Assembly: GCF_006345805.1 (NCBI RefSeq)
Contig: NC_043007.1
Coordinates: 10,912,001 to 10,976,000, forward strand
DNA length: 64,000 nt
Direction of reading: 5' to 3'
Origin: Octopus sinensis
Lineage: Eukaryota
Within the stretch, counting starts at the first letter, position 1; each line of letters starts with the position of its first letter. Under the pieces are notes generated by a model. That model was given only the letters and a program-made list of their open reading frames with translations, was not told the DNA's origin and did not search any database. Made by a program: the position numbers and the translations under genes. This document shows positions 37,536 to 48,180 of the stretch, piece by piece.

Positions 37536-37692
37536 TTCTTTTATTAGCCACAAGGGCTCATATACATTAAATGACGTGACACAGATGTAAAAAACAACAC
37601 AAAATGAGACAAAGGGTTTTACAGCATGTAAACAATATATAACAATAAAAAAACTAAACAAATTAAAACTCCCAATAGGGGAGGCACTTTAA

Positions 37693-37914
37693 CCCTTTAG
37701 TGTTCGCATTATTCTGCCAAAGTTAATCCTTTTTTATCCACATTGTTTTGAACTAATCATTCATTAATCTTGTAGCTATGAAATTTTGATGAGGTAGCTG
37801 TTAATTTTTAAAACGATATTGTAGGGTTGGTGTGAGAGACCAGATCTGGCCAGTTTGGACATAAAACAGGCAGAATACTTTTGGCCAGATTTGGCCGGTT
37901 TAAATGCTAAAGGG
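37693..37914. mobile_element. piggyBac-type MITE
   Basis: TTAA|CCCTTTAG...CTAAAGGG|TTAA. An inverted copy lies at 45303-45523. Confidence 0.9.
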
Positions 37915-38377
37915 TTAAAGTCCTCTTGGAAAAAACCCACAAAAGCCACAGGTGCCTGATCAACAGGGCAAGAGCCCTTCTTTTATTTCTCACAGGTGTA
38001 TGCTCAGAATTGGTCCTTTCACACTGGCCATTCTTCCAACACTCACTCACCTTTCAACCCACCTTACACCAGACTTGTGTTACTGTTTTGGCAGGATTTT
38101 TATAGCTGGATGCCCTTCTTAACACCAACCACTCAACAGTGTGATATATATGTGCGCGCGCACGTGTGTGCGTGTGTGCATGTATATATTTATATATGTA
38201 TACAACCATATGTATACGCACGTACACACTTACACATAATCTTATATGTGTATGTATGTGTATATATATATATAAAGTTAATCCAAACATGAAAACACAA
38301 AGAGAAAACACAACAACGCGAGGACGTGGAACAAATATAGTATTATTGGATGCTCAGGAAGGAAAGGAAGAAGGAGG

Positions 38378-38412
38378 GTTTTACGTTTCGAGCGGAGCTC
38401 TTCGTCAGAAAC
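38378..38412 (-). ncRNA. Minimal type I hammerhead motif in a Penelope-like repeat (38278-38472)
   Basis: GUUU-CUGACGA-A-GAGC-UCC-GCUC-GAAAC-GUA-AAAC. Confidence 0.6.
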
Positions 38413-38520
38413 ATAGGAAAAGGAAAGATCCAGAGAAAGGAAGACCGAGGAAAAAAAATCGCCAACGGTACACACGCGGTCACATATATATATATAGATA
38501 TATATATATACACACACACA

Positions 38521-38945
38521 TATCATCATCATCATCATCATCATTTAGCGTCCGCTTTCCATGCTAGCATAGGTTGGATGGTTCAACTGGGGTCTGGGAA
38601 GCCAGAAGGCTACATCAGGCCCAGTCTGATCTGGCAGTGTTTCTACGGCTGGATGCCCTTCCTAACGCAAACCACTCCATGAGTGTAGTGGGTGCTTTTT
38701 ACGTGCCACCTGCACGGGTGCCAGACGGAGCTGGCAAACGGCCATGGACGGATGGTGCTTTTTACGTGCCACCGGCATGGGGGCCAGGCGAGGCTGGCAA
38801 TGGCCACGAATGGATGGTGCTTTTACGTGCTACCAGCACGGGGGCCAGGCGAGGCTGGCAACGGCCACAAACGGATGGTGCTATGTGCCACCGGCACGGG
38901 GCCAGGCGAGGCTGGCAACGGACACAGATGGATGGTGCTTTTACA
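38521..38945 (-). mobile_element. Family D element with four ~60-bp subunits
   Basis: GGTGCTTTTACGTGCCACC recurs. Confidence 0.85.
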
Positions 38946-39810
38946 TGCATGCATGGAAGATGGATGATGATGATGATGATGGGCTGAGGGGGAAGCTGAT
39001 TATGCATTCAGAGGGTAGGAGGTAATGATTACTGTGATTGTTTGTCAGTTCATAAGTTAGTGATCAAGTTTCTTTCCAGTTGGATAAATATGTTACACTC
39101 TACTCTCTTATAAAATAATACTATAAATTAATAAAAGCAAAAAAAACAAACAAACACTGTATCTGCCATCCCTGAGGAGTATGTGTATTAGATAACCATC
39201 TGATTATCTATGATACTGTGCAAAAGTAATTGGTAAGATTGGAGGAAATGGGTCTATAATGCAGTATACTTTGCTAAATACACACATGCACATATATGCC
39301 CACATGCACACACAGACACACAAACACGCACACACACACACCACTTACATAAAAGGCACCTATGTGGGTGGCATGTAAAAAGCACCTTTTGAGCGTTGGG
39401 TCTCATGGAGGCAATTACAAATGACAAGACTTTAGGCAATATGCCGTGCTTGAGAACAAGACCTATCAAGCTGAGTGAAACAGTAGTGTCATGCAACTGG
39501 TGTCATGCAACTGGCATGGAGTGATTGGCATTAGAAATGGTATCCAGCCATAGAATCCATGTCTAATCAAAGTGGAGTCTGGTGCAGCCCTGAGCTAACC
39601 AGCCTTTGTCAAACTGTCAAACCCATGCCAGTATGGACAACAGACATTAAATGATGGTGATAATAATGATGATGATATATATACTTTACAGATATAGGGT
39701 AACGAATTATTAATTTAATAATTAACAAATTTTACAAAGTAGCTTCGGTATGGAAAAAACCCTTATCGGTAAAAACTTATACAAAACGTTTTTTTATAAA
39801 TTAAATATAA

Positions 39811-39890
39811 TAAGGGTTTAGCAAAAAGTTGCTTCACCACATACTGAAAATTTTCGGTATGTGTTGAAGCAACTTTTTGCTAAACCCTTA
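39811..39890. repeat. 80-bp near-perfect palindrome
   Basis: 40-nt arms with 2 mismatches and no spacer. Confidence 0.9.
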
Positions 39891-40823
39891 ATCATATATA
39901 TATATATATATATATCACGATTAACAGAATCCTCTTGCTAGTTTGGGGTCCAGTTAAGACTTCCTTGACGAACTCAGATTTTAGATTTTACCTCTCTCTC
40001 TCAAGCCTATCTTAATTATCAAATAATAAATATTATCGACACTTTCGTCTTGTTCCACTATGCCAGTCAAAACCATCGCACAGCTTCCACACATGTGTTC
40101 CTTGACCATTTCTTCCCCCCCTCCCCAAACTAACCTGTCCCTCTCCCTATGTCTTCTATATGCCCCCGTCTTCGATAACCACCATCGCCATATATAAACC
40201 AGCGACCGCAAATCGCTAAGCCCACTCGCTTTCGACCCACTACGAATGCACAGCTCATGAACGGCTAAAAGTTAAGATTTCTTCTTTCAACCTCGCTCCT
40301 ACTACCTCTGACGTATAATCACTATTCCTCAGTTCCTTCAATTTCTCTCTCATATTTTCCTTCAATTGACTTCTTGATACTTTCAACCTACTTTCTTGCT
40401 ATCACGATTTTTCAGATATTCAAATCCAGTACCCTCTATTCATATTTTCTTTCAGTTTTCAACATACCATTTCATGTAATGTTTTTCGTTTAGCCTGTCT
40501 CGTCTCCCTATTTGCTCCCGTTTCATAGCCACTCATCGTCTCCCCTAAAATTGACTTCTCTGATACTTTCAAACCTACTTTCTTGCTATCACGATTAACA
40601 GAATCCTCTTGCTAGTTTGGGGTTGACCCGCCCACCCACCCCCTCCACACATGCCGGAAGTTCCTATTCTTTTCATCCCTGGGTTGCTTCCCTTGAAGAC
40701 TGCAAATGCTCTTTCACCATCCCTACCCTAGTTTCGACCTAGGTAAGGTAATGATCATACAGTGCAAAATATGAATGGGTAGTGTTATGCAGGTTGAATT
40801 GAAGGCTACTGTATTACTTGCTC

Positions 40824-43800
40824 ATGAATTCTGCCAAATGCGAGCTTTCTTTTCAGGTACATGAAGCTACTGTCCACCGACGCAGGGTCTCTAGGGCCCA
40901 TACCTTCCACACCCTCAGGGTTGGCACTCTCATGTTGGCACACTGAAAGGTAGGTCTGGCGAGATAGTTGAGATGCTTGAACGGAGACGTGTGGATATAT
41001 GTTGTATGCAAGAAGTAAGGTGGAGAGGAGGTTCTGCTAGGTTCCTCACAGGCAAGGAACACAGGTACAAGATTTTCTGGGCAGGGAACACTGACGGGGT
41101 TGGAGGCGTGGGTATACTTATCGCTGAGAAATGGGTAGATAAAGTAATTGAGGTAATCAGAGTATGCGACAGAATACTTAAGATTAGATTAGCGCTTCAT
41201 CATAGTTTAGCAACCATTATATCAGCCTATGCTCCTCAGTCGGGGCTACCTGATGGACAGAAAGACCGATTCTATGACACTCTACTGCAGACTACCTCGT
41301 TGACGAACGACAGAGACCTTCTCTTTGTGGCTGGTGACTTCAATGGTCACGTTGGACGACATGCTGGGGGCTTCCACGGCGTACATGGAGGCTATGGCTC
41401 TGGTTCCCGCAACGAGGAGGGAACCAGGCTGCTGGAGTTCTGCGATGCAAATAATCTTATGATTTGCAACACTAACTTCAGGAAACCTACCAGCCACCTA
41501 GTCACCTACCGATCGGGCCAACATACCAGCCAAATTGACTACATCCTTGCCAGGCAAAGGGAGAGATGGCTACTTATAAATGCCAAAACCTTCCCAGGCG
41601 AAGAATGCACCCCACAACATAGACTGGTAGTTAGTGACTTTAGGATCAGGAGTAGGAGGACAACCAGAAGACGACCAACATGGAGAAGAAGGATCTGGAA
41701 GCTTAAGGATCCTGTGAATGGACAGAGATTTAGAGACATGTTACTTGAAGCCTTTGACGAAGTAGAAGGGGATAGTGTATCACATGGGGTAGAGGACAAC
41801 TGGACGTTTCTAAGGGACAACCTGCTGAGAGCCACTGACCAGATCTGTGGCTGGTGCAAAGTCCCCTCTCGTCCCAAGGTAACGTGGTGGTGGAACAGTG
41901 TCGTAGACAGGGCTATTAGAGAAAAGAGACAGACTTGGAAGCACTGGAAGAATGGTGGTAGCAGGGAATTGTATCAGACTGCTAAAAGGGAAGCTAGGAG
42001 ACAGGTCTATCTAGCCAGAGGGGAAGCAGATAAGAAAAAATTTGCCAATGTTCTGCGCCGTGAGGACCAAAGACTGGAGGTGTTTCGCGTTGCAAGACAG
42101 TGTGTGAGAGAGAATTGTGATGTGGTGGGAGAGAAGTGTGTTCGCATGGAAGATGGTTCACTTGCGCTAAACGAGGATGCAAAGAGAGAGGCTTGGAGAT
42201 GCCACTATGAAAGGTTGCTGAATAAAGAAAATGAATGGGATAAAGAGAGTCTGCCGAACGTTGACCCAACAGAGGGACCAGCTATCAGGGTTGATAGTTC
42301 CTTAGTAGCTAAGGCAATTAGAAGCATGAAGACAGGGAAAGCCCCAGGCCCATCAGGTATCACTGCAGAGATGCTCAAAATATCTGGTAGTGTCGGCTAT
42401 AGCCTAGTCACCTGTATAGTTAATCAGGTGATACATGAAGGAGTCATACCCAATGACTGGTGTAGCAGCATAATAGTCAACTGCTACAAAGGTAAAGGTG
42501 ATGCCCTAGATACAAATAATTACAGAGGTATCAAGCTGTTGGATCAGGTGATGAAGGTTACAGAGAGGGTCATAAGCCAACTAATTAGAGAGAGAGATAG
42601 TTTAGATGAGATGCAGTTTGGTTTCGTGCCAGGGAAAAGTACCACTGATGCTATATTCCTGGTAAGGCAGCTGCAGGAGAAATACCTAGCCAAAGATAAG
42701 GCCCTGTACCTGGCTTTTGTTGACATGGAGAAAGCCTTCGACAGGGTCCCCGATCCCTCATATGGTGGTCAATGAGGAAACTAGGAATAGAAGAATGGTT
42801 AGTGAGAGCTGTGCAAGCCATGTACAGGGACGCTGCTAGTAAGGTGAGGGTTGGAAATGAGTACAGTGAAGAATTCTGGGTAGAGGTAGGGGTCCACCAA
42901 GGCTCAGTCCTCAGCCCCCTCCTATTTATCATAGTCCTCCAGGCAATAACGGAGGAATTCAAGACAGGATGCCCCTGGGAGCTCCTCTATGCTGATGACC
43001 TTGCTCTAATTGCTGAGTCATTATCAGAACTGGAGAAGAAGTTTCAGGTGTGGAAGCATGGTTTAGAATCGAAGGGCCTTAGAGTCAACCTAGCTAAAAC
43101 CAAAGTCGTAATAAGTAGGAAGGTAGACAAATCACAAACGCCTTCAGGTAGATGGCCCTGCTCGATCTGTAGAAAAGGTGTAGGTAGAAACTCTATAAGA
43201 TGCACCAAGTGTAAGCTATGGACACATAAGAGGTGCAGCAATGTCATAGGAAGGCTAACTAGGAAGATGGTTTTGTATGTGGCAGATGCTCGGGAGCATT
43301 AACCTCTGAAAATCTGCAGAAAACAACTTCCGTCACTTTCCAGGGGGAAAAACTAGAAGTAGTTGATAGCTTCCGTTATCTTGGTGACCAAGTCAGTAGT
43401 GGGGGTGGGTGTGCTGAAAGTGTAACGGCTAGAGTAAGAATAGCCTGGGCAAAGTTTAGGGAGCTCTTACCTCTGTTGGTGACTAAAGGCCTCTCGCTCA
43501 GAGTAAAAGGCAGACTGTATGATGCATGTGTACGAACAGCCATGCTACATGGCAGTGAAACATGGGCCGTGACTGCTGAGGACATGCGTAAGCTCGCGAG
43601 AAATGAAGCTAGTATGCTCCGTTGGATGTGTAATGTCAGTGTTCATAGTCGACAGAGTGTAAGTACCTTGAGAGAAAAGTTGGACCTAAGAGGAATCAGA
43701 TGTTGTGTGCAAGAGAGACGATTGCGCTGGTATGGTCATGTGGTGAGAATGGATGAAGATAGGTGTGTGAAAAAGTGCCACACCCTGGCAGTTGAGGGGA

Positions 43801-43943
43801 CCTGTGGAAGAGGTAGACCCAGGAAAACCTGGGTCGAGGTGGTGAAGCACGACCTTCGAACTCTAGGTCTCACCAAGGAAATGACCAGAGACCGAGACCT
43901 ATGGAAGTATGCTGTGCGTGAGAAGACCCGGCAAGACCAGTGA
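40824..43943 (+). pseudogene. APE endonuclease-RT polyprotein, about 1040 aa if three 1-nt deletions (~40932, ~42750, ~43272) are repaired
   Basis: LRVGTL(N)VG, CCMQE, GDFNGH, SQIDY, QH, then QFGF, EKAFD, QGS, YADD, FRYLG. No in-frame stops seen between the frameshifts. Confidence 0.85.
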
Positions 43944-43989
43944 GAACAATCAAAATCAAATCATATATCAGAAAGCAGGGGTTAAGTGA

Positions 43990-44660
43990 CCCATCTGTTC
44001 GTGTCCGCTGTCAGCCTCGTCTGGCACCCGTGCCGGTGATACGTAAAAGCACCATTCGCTCATGGCCGTTTGCCAGCTCTGCCTGGCCCCGTGTCGGTGG
44101 CACGTAAAAGCACCATCCGTTCGTGTTCGTTGCCAGCCTCGCCTGGCCCCGTGCCGGTGACACGTAAAAGCACCGTCCGTTCGTGGCCGTTGGCCAGCTC
44201 TGTCTGGCCCCGTGTCGGTGGCACGTAAAAGCACCATCCGTTCGTGTCCGTTGCCAGCCTCGGCTGGCCCCCGTGCCGGTGACACGTAAAAGCACCGTCC
44301 GTCGTGTCCGTTGCCAGCTCTGTCTGGCAACCGTGTCGGTGGCACGTAAAAGCACCATCCGTTCGCGTCCGTTGCCAGCCTCGGCTGGCCCCCGTGCCGG
44401 TGACACGTAAAAGCACCATCCGTTCGTGGCCGTTTGCCAGCTCTGTCTGGCCCCGTGTCGGTGGCACGTAAAAGCACCATCCGTTCGCGTCCGTTGCCAG
44501 CCTCGGCTGGCCCCCGTGCCGGGACAGTAAAAGCACCGTCCGTTCGTGGCCGGTTGCCAGCTCTGTCTGGCCCCGTGTCGGTGGCACGTAAAAGCACCAT
44601 CCGTTCGTGGCCGTTCGCCAGCTCTGTCTGGCACCTGTGCAGGTGGCACGTAAAAAACAC
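43990..44660 (+). repeat. Tandem array of 11 ~60-bp subunits alternating A/B in the LINE 3'UTR
   Basis: ACGTAAAAGCACC recurs at about 44041, 44102, 44162, 44223, 44284, 44344, 44405, 44466, 44526, 44586 and 44648. Confidence 0.92.
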
Positions 44661-45302
44661 CCACTACACTCGCGGAGTGGTTGGCGTTAGGAAGGGCATC
44701 CAGCCGTAGAAACACTGCCAGATCTGACTGGGCCTGACGAAGCCTTCCAGCTTCACAGACCCCAGTTGACCCGTCCAACCCATGCTAGCATGGAAAACGG
44801 ACGCTAAACGATGATGATGATGATGATGATATATATATATTATATATATATAATATTATATATTATATATCATATAATATATATAAATATATATATATTA
44901 TATATATATTATATATATCTATAATAAACAAATAATTAAATAGAGAGATACAACTGCAATCCAATAATTTAATTATATTATACTATAATAATATTAAGAT
45001 AACAATTTGTAACAATGCATAACAACAATTTGTTTTGACTTGTATACATTTTTTGATATGTAAACAATTCAATTCCCTTATATAAGCCTCATCAGTGTCA
45101 ATGGTTTGATGAAATTCTGTGTGAAAGAACAGCTGGTTTGTGGAAAAAATTAATTCAAATGCCTATGTATGATGAGTATGGGCATTAGCCATTCATCTAC
45201 ATATCAATTATAATTAAAAACAACAAAATTATAACGGACAAAATAATTAAGTAGAATCTACAACTGTCAAAATATTTTTTCGTATATCTCAAATAATATT
45301 AA

Positions 45303-45523
45303 CCCTTTAGCATTCAAACAGACCATACCCGGCCAGAAGTATTCTGCCTGTTTTATGTTCAAACTGGCCAGATCTGGTCTCTCACACTAACCCTACAATA
45401 TCATTTTAAAAATTAACAGCTACCTCATCAAAATCTCACAGCTACAAGATAATGCTTGATTAGTTCAAGGCAATGTGGATAAAAAAGGATTAACTTTGGT
45501 AGAATAATGCAAACACTAAAGGG
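45303..45523. mobile_element. piggyBac-type MITE, inverted relative to 37693
   Basis: TTAA TSD and CCCTTTAG/CTAAAGGG termini. Confidence 0.9.
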
Positions 45524-45759
45524 TTAAACTGAACCCGTTTGTGTTGAAGACAATCTTTTGCTATTATAACCTACAACAATAATATATAATTAAGTATCAG
45601 GGTCTTAATCTAGAAACTGTAATAACATGTGTAAAAAAATACAAATGATAATCATATTTTTAATATATAATAACTCTTCTATTTATTTAAAGTTATTGTT
45701 TATTAATTTATTGTTTGTCATTTGAATTGTACCAAGATTTATGTAGTTTCCAACTGACT

Positions 45760-46015
45760 TGCTGGTGGCACGTAAAAACACCATCCGTTCGTGGCCGTTT
45801 GCCAGCTCTGTCTGGCACCTGTGCAGGTGGCACGTAAAAAGCACCCACTACACTCACGGAGTGGTTGGCGTTAGGAAGGGCATCCAGCCGTAGAAACACT
45901 GCCAAATCTGACTGGGCTCGATGAAGCCTTCCGGCTTCACAGACCCCAGTTAAACCATCCAACCCATGCTAGCATGGAAAACGGACGCTAAATGATGATG
46001 TGATGATGATGATGA
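45760..46015 (+). mobile_element. Family D element
   Basis: Two subunits plus the terminal module. Confidence 0.85.
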
Positions 46016-46019
46016 TATG

Positions 46020-46050
<31 letters not shown>

Positions 46051-46121
46051 ATATATATTTATATACATATATATATAAGTATGTTTAATATATATATAAC
46101 ATATATATTATATATATATAG

Positions 46122-46156
<35 letters not shown>

Positions 46157-46869
46157 ATTCATAGTTTAAAGAAAACAGAGAATGTACATAGAATAATCAT
46201 TTTTTAATCATACTGCAGTTAATAGGGCCTTGCATTTTTTTCACCTATATTACATTTCAGCCAATTCATATTTGCACCTTTAAAGTGCTTTATGATGTTA
46301 TAAAACAATGGCCTCTTCTAGGTGCTATTTTTTTCTTTACTTCTCTTCTGGAATAGAGAATTTTTTCCAACTGAATGGTAAGCTTTTAGTTCTTTTGTTT
46401 AACTGTGAGTTGGATATTCTTATAAAAATAGTTCAAAACTGACTTTTTGACCCTACTGGTCAAGGGAAGAATCTGCTGCCTAGAAACTAGAAACTATTCC
46501 ACCTTTACTGTTATATTTTATAAATGCTTTAATCTTAATCATTGTTTCACCAGGGCAGTCAAGGTTTTCATTTTTTGCCACTACTAATCATATATTTTGT
46601 TGGCACTCTATATATTCTATTACTACTATTTGTACTATCACCCCACCTCCTCCTTTAAGTCTTTCTCATATAAGTGCTATTGAATATAATATTAATTAAC
46701 ATACCTTTTAGACATTATTAAGCTGATAATATATATCTCAGTGTTACTGTACTATATTTTGGAATACTTCCTTTGTTGTCCAACTATTGGTATCATATTT
46801 TGACATGTTGGTAATGTATTATGTCACTATAATATTTATCATTTGATTGTCTTGGATAATTCAATTTCT

Positions 46870-47160
46870 CATTAATCCTTTTTCCTGCTTGTTATTAATT
46901 AATTTATATTTTGATGTAATAATCTGGTAAATTTCTTTGACACATAACTAATATCTTTTTCTCTCTTCACTGTAACATTATGTTTGGCTAATTATTTCCT
47001 ATGTAAGTGTATAATCCTTATTTTTATCTTTAATCCACCAGAATAGTTTGCTTAGGCTAGTGCTCCTCTCTTTATGTCTACCCTTAACAGCAGTTTCATG
47101 ATTAGCTATCCTTCTTTTTATATAACTTCCTGTAGCTCCTATAAAAATATGGCAGGGTGT
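46870..47160 (-). mobile_element. Penelope-like GIY-YIG endonuclease C-terminal relic
   Basis: FIGATGSYIKRRIANHETAVK...STSLSKLFWWIKDKNKDYTLT*EII..LCVKEI, matching the PLE YIG..R..NH..T.LS..W pattern. Confidence 0.7.
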
Positions 47161-47204
47161 CAAAAGACAGATACAACAGTGGTAAAAGACCGCTTTAGTC
47201 AAAT

Positions 47205-48180
47205 AGTCACGGGGCTAGTTTCTTGGATTCTCAGGTGCATATATTCCCCTCTGGATGGGATGCTGGTTCATCGCAGGATTACTATGTTTACCAACTGAGT
47301 GGACTGGAGCAACATGAAGGGAAGTGAAGTGTTCTGCTCAAGAACACAACACGTCACCTGGTGCCAGAATCGAAACCACAATCTTATGATCATGAGTCCA
47401 TCATACTAACTGCTAAGTCACATGTCTTCACTTAAACCTATTTCCTGAATCATATAGACTCATAGAGCCAGTTTCTCATATTCTCCAGCATATATATTCC
47501 CCATGGATGGGATGCTAGTCCATCCTAGGAATGCTCATTTTTTGCTGCCAGCTGAGTGGACTGGAGGAATGTGAAATGAAGTGTTTTGCTCAAGAACAGA
47601 ACACATTGCCCAGTCCAGGAATCGAAACCACAATCTTACATTCCTGAATGTAAACCCTAACCACTAAGCTCTTCTGAGTCTTATAGACTCATAGGGCCAG
47701 TTTCCAATTTTCTTATGTTTTTATTGCCCACAAGGGACTAAACATAGAGGGGACAAACAAGGACAGCCAAAGGGATTAAGTCAATTAAATCAACCCCAGT
47801 GCATAACTGGTACTTAATTTGTCGACTGCGAAAGGATGAAAGGCAAAGTCGACCACGGCGGAATTTGAACTCAGAACGTAGCGGCAGACGAAATACCGCT
47901 AAGCATTTTGCTCGGTGTGTTAACATTTCTGGCAGCTCACCGCCTTATTTTCTGTGGGGTATATAGGCCCACTTTTCCAATTTTCAGTTTTCTGTGGCGT
48001 ATATAGGTCCACTTGGAAGGGATATCAGTCCTTTGCAGAATTACTCACTTTCGCTTCTTAAGTGGACTGGAGCAACATGGAAAAAAAGTGTTTTACCCAA
48101 GAACACAAAACATTGTCCTTTCCATGAATCGAAACCATAATCTTACAATCATGATTCCAACACCTTAACAACTAAACCAC
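47205..48180 (-). mobile_element. Three diverged tandem copies of a CORE-like tRNA SINE with a SINE B inserted at 47730-47945
   Basis: GAGTGGACTGGAGCAAC..GCTCAAGAACACAAC..AATCGAAACCACAATC repeated three times. Confidence 0.8.

Larger units (their letters stand above)
40620..44830 (+). mobile_element. Near full-length RTE-clade LINE, copy 3
   Basis: APE, RT, C4HC3 finger and C-terminus, then an expanded 3'UTR and (GAT)n into (TA)n. The 5' boundary is uncertain. Confidence 0.93.

Noticed and set aside
37977-38100. Strong acceptor and ORF 37996-38292
   Set aside because: It lies in transposon-derived sequence and runs into a family D repeat without a donor.
43990-44660. Repeat-spacer (CRISPR-like) look of the 60-mers
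   Set aside because: The apparent spacers are homologous to each other (two variants) and lie within a LINE 3'UTR.
43968-44778. GC-rich 175-255 aa ORFs
   Set aside because: They are translations of the 60-bp array, open in several frames.
45070-45100. CTGATGA on the minus strand followed by a CTTATATAAG palindrome
   Set aside because: No GAAA or matching stem I/III. At most a badly decayed hammerhead.
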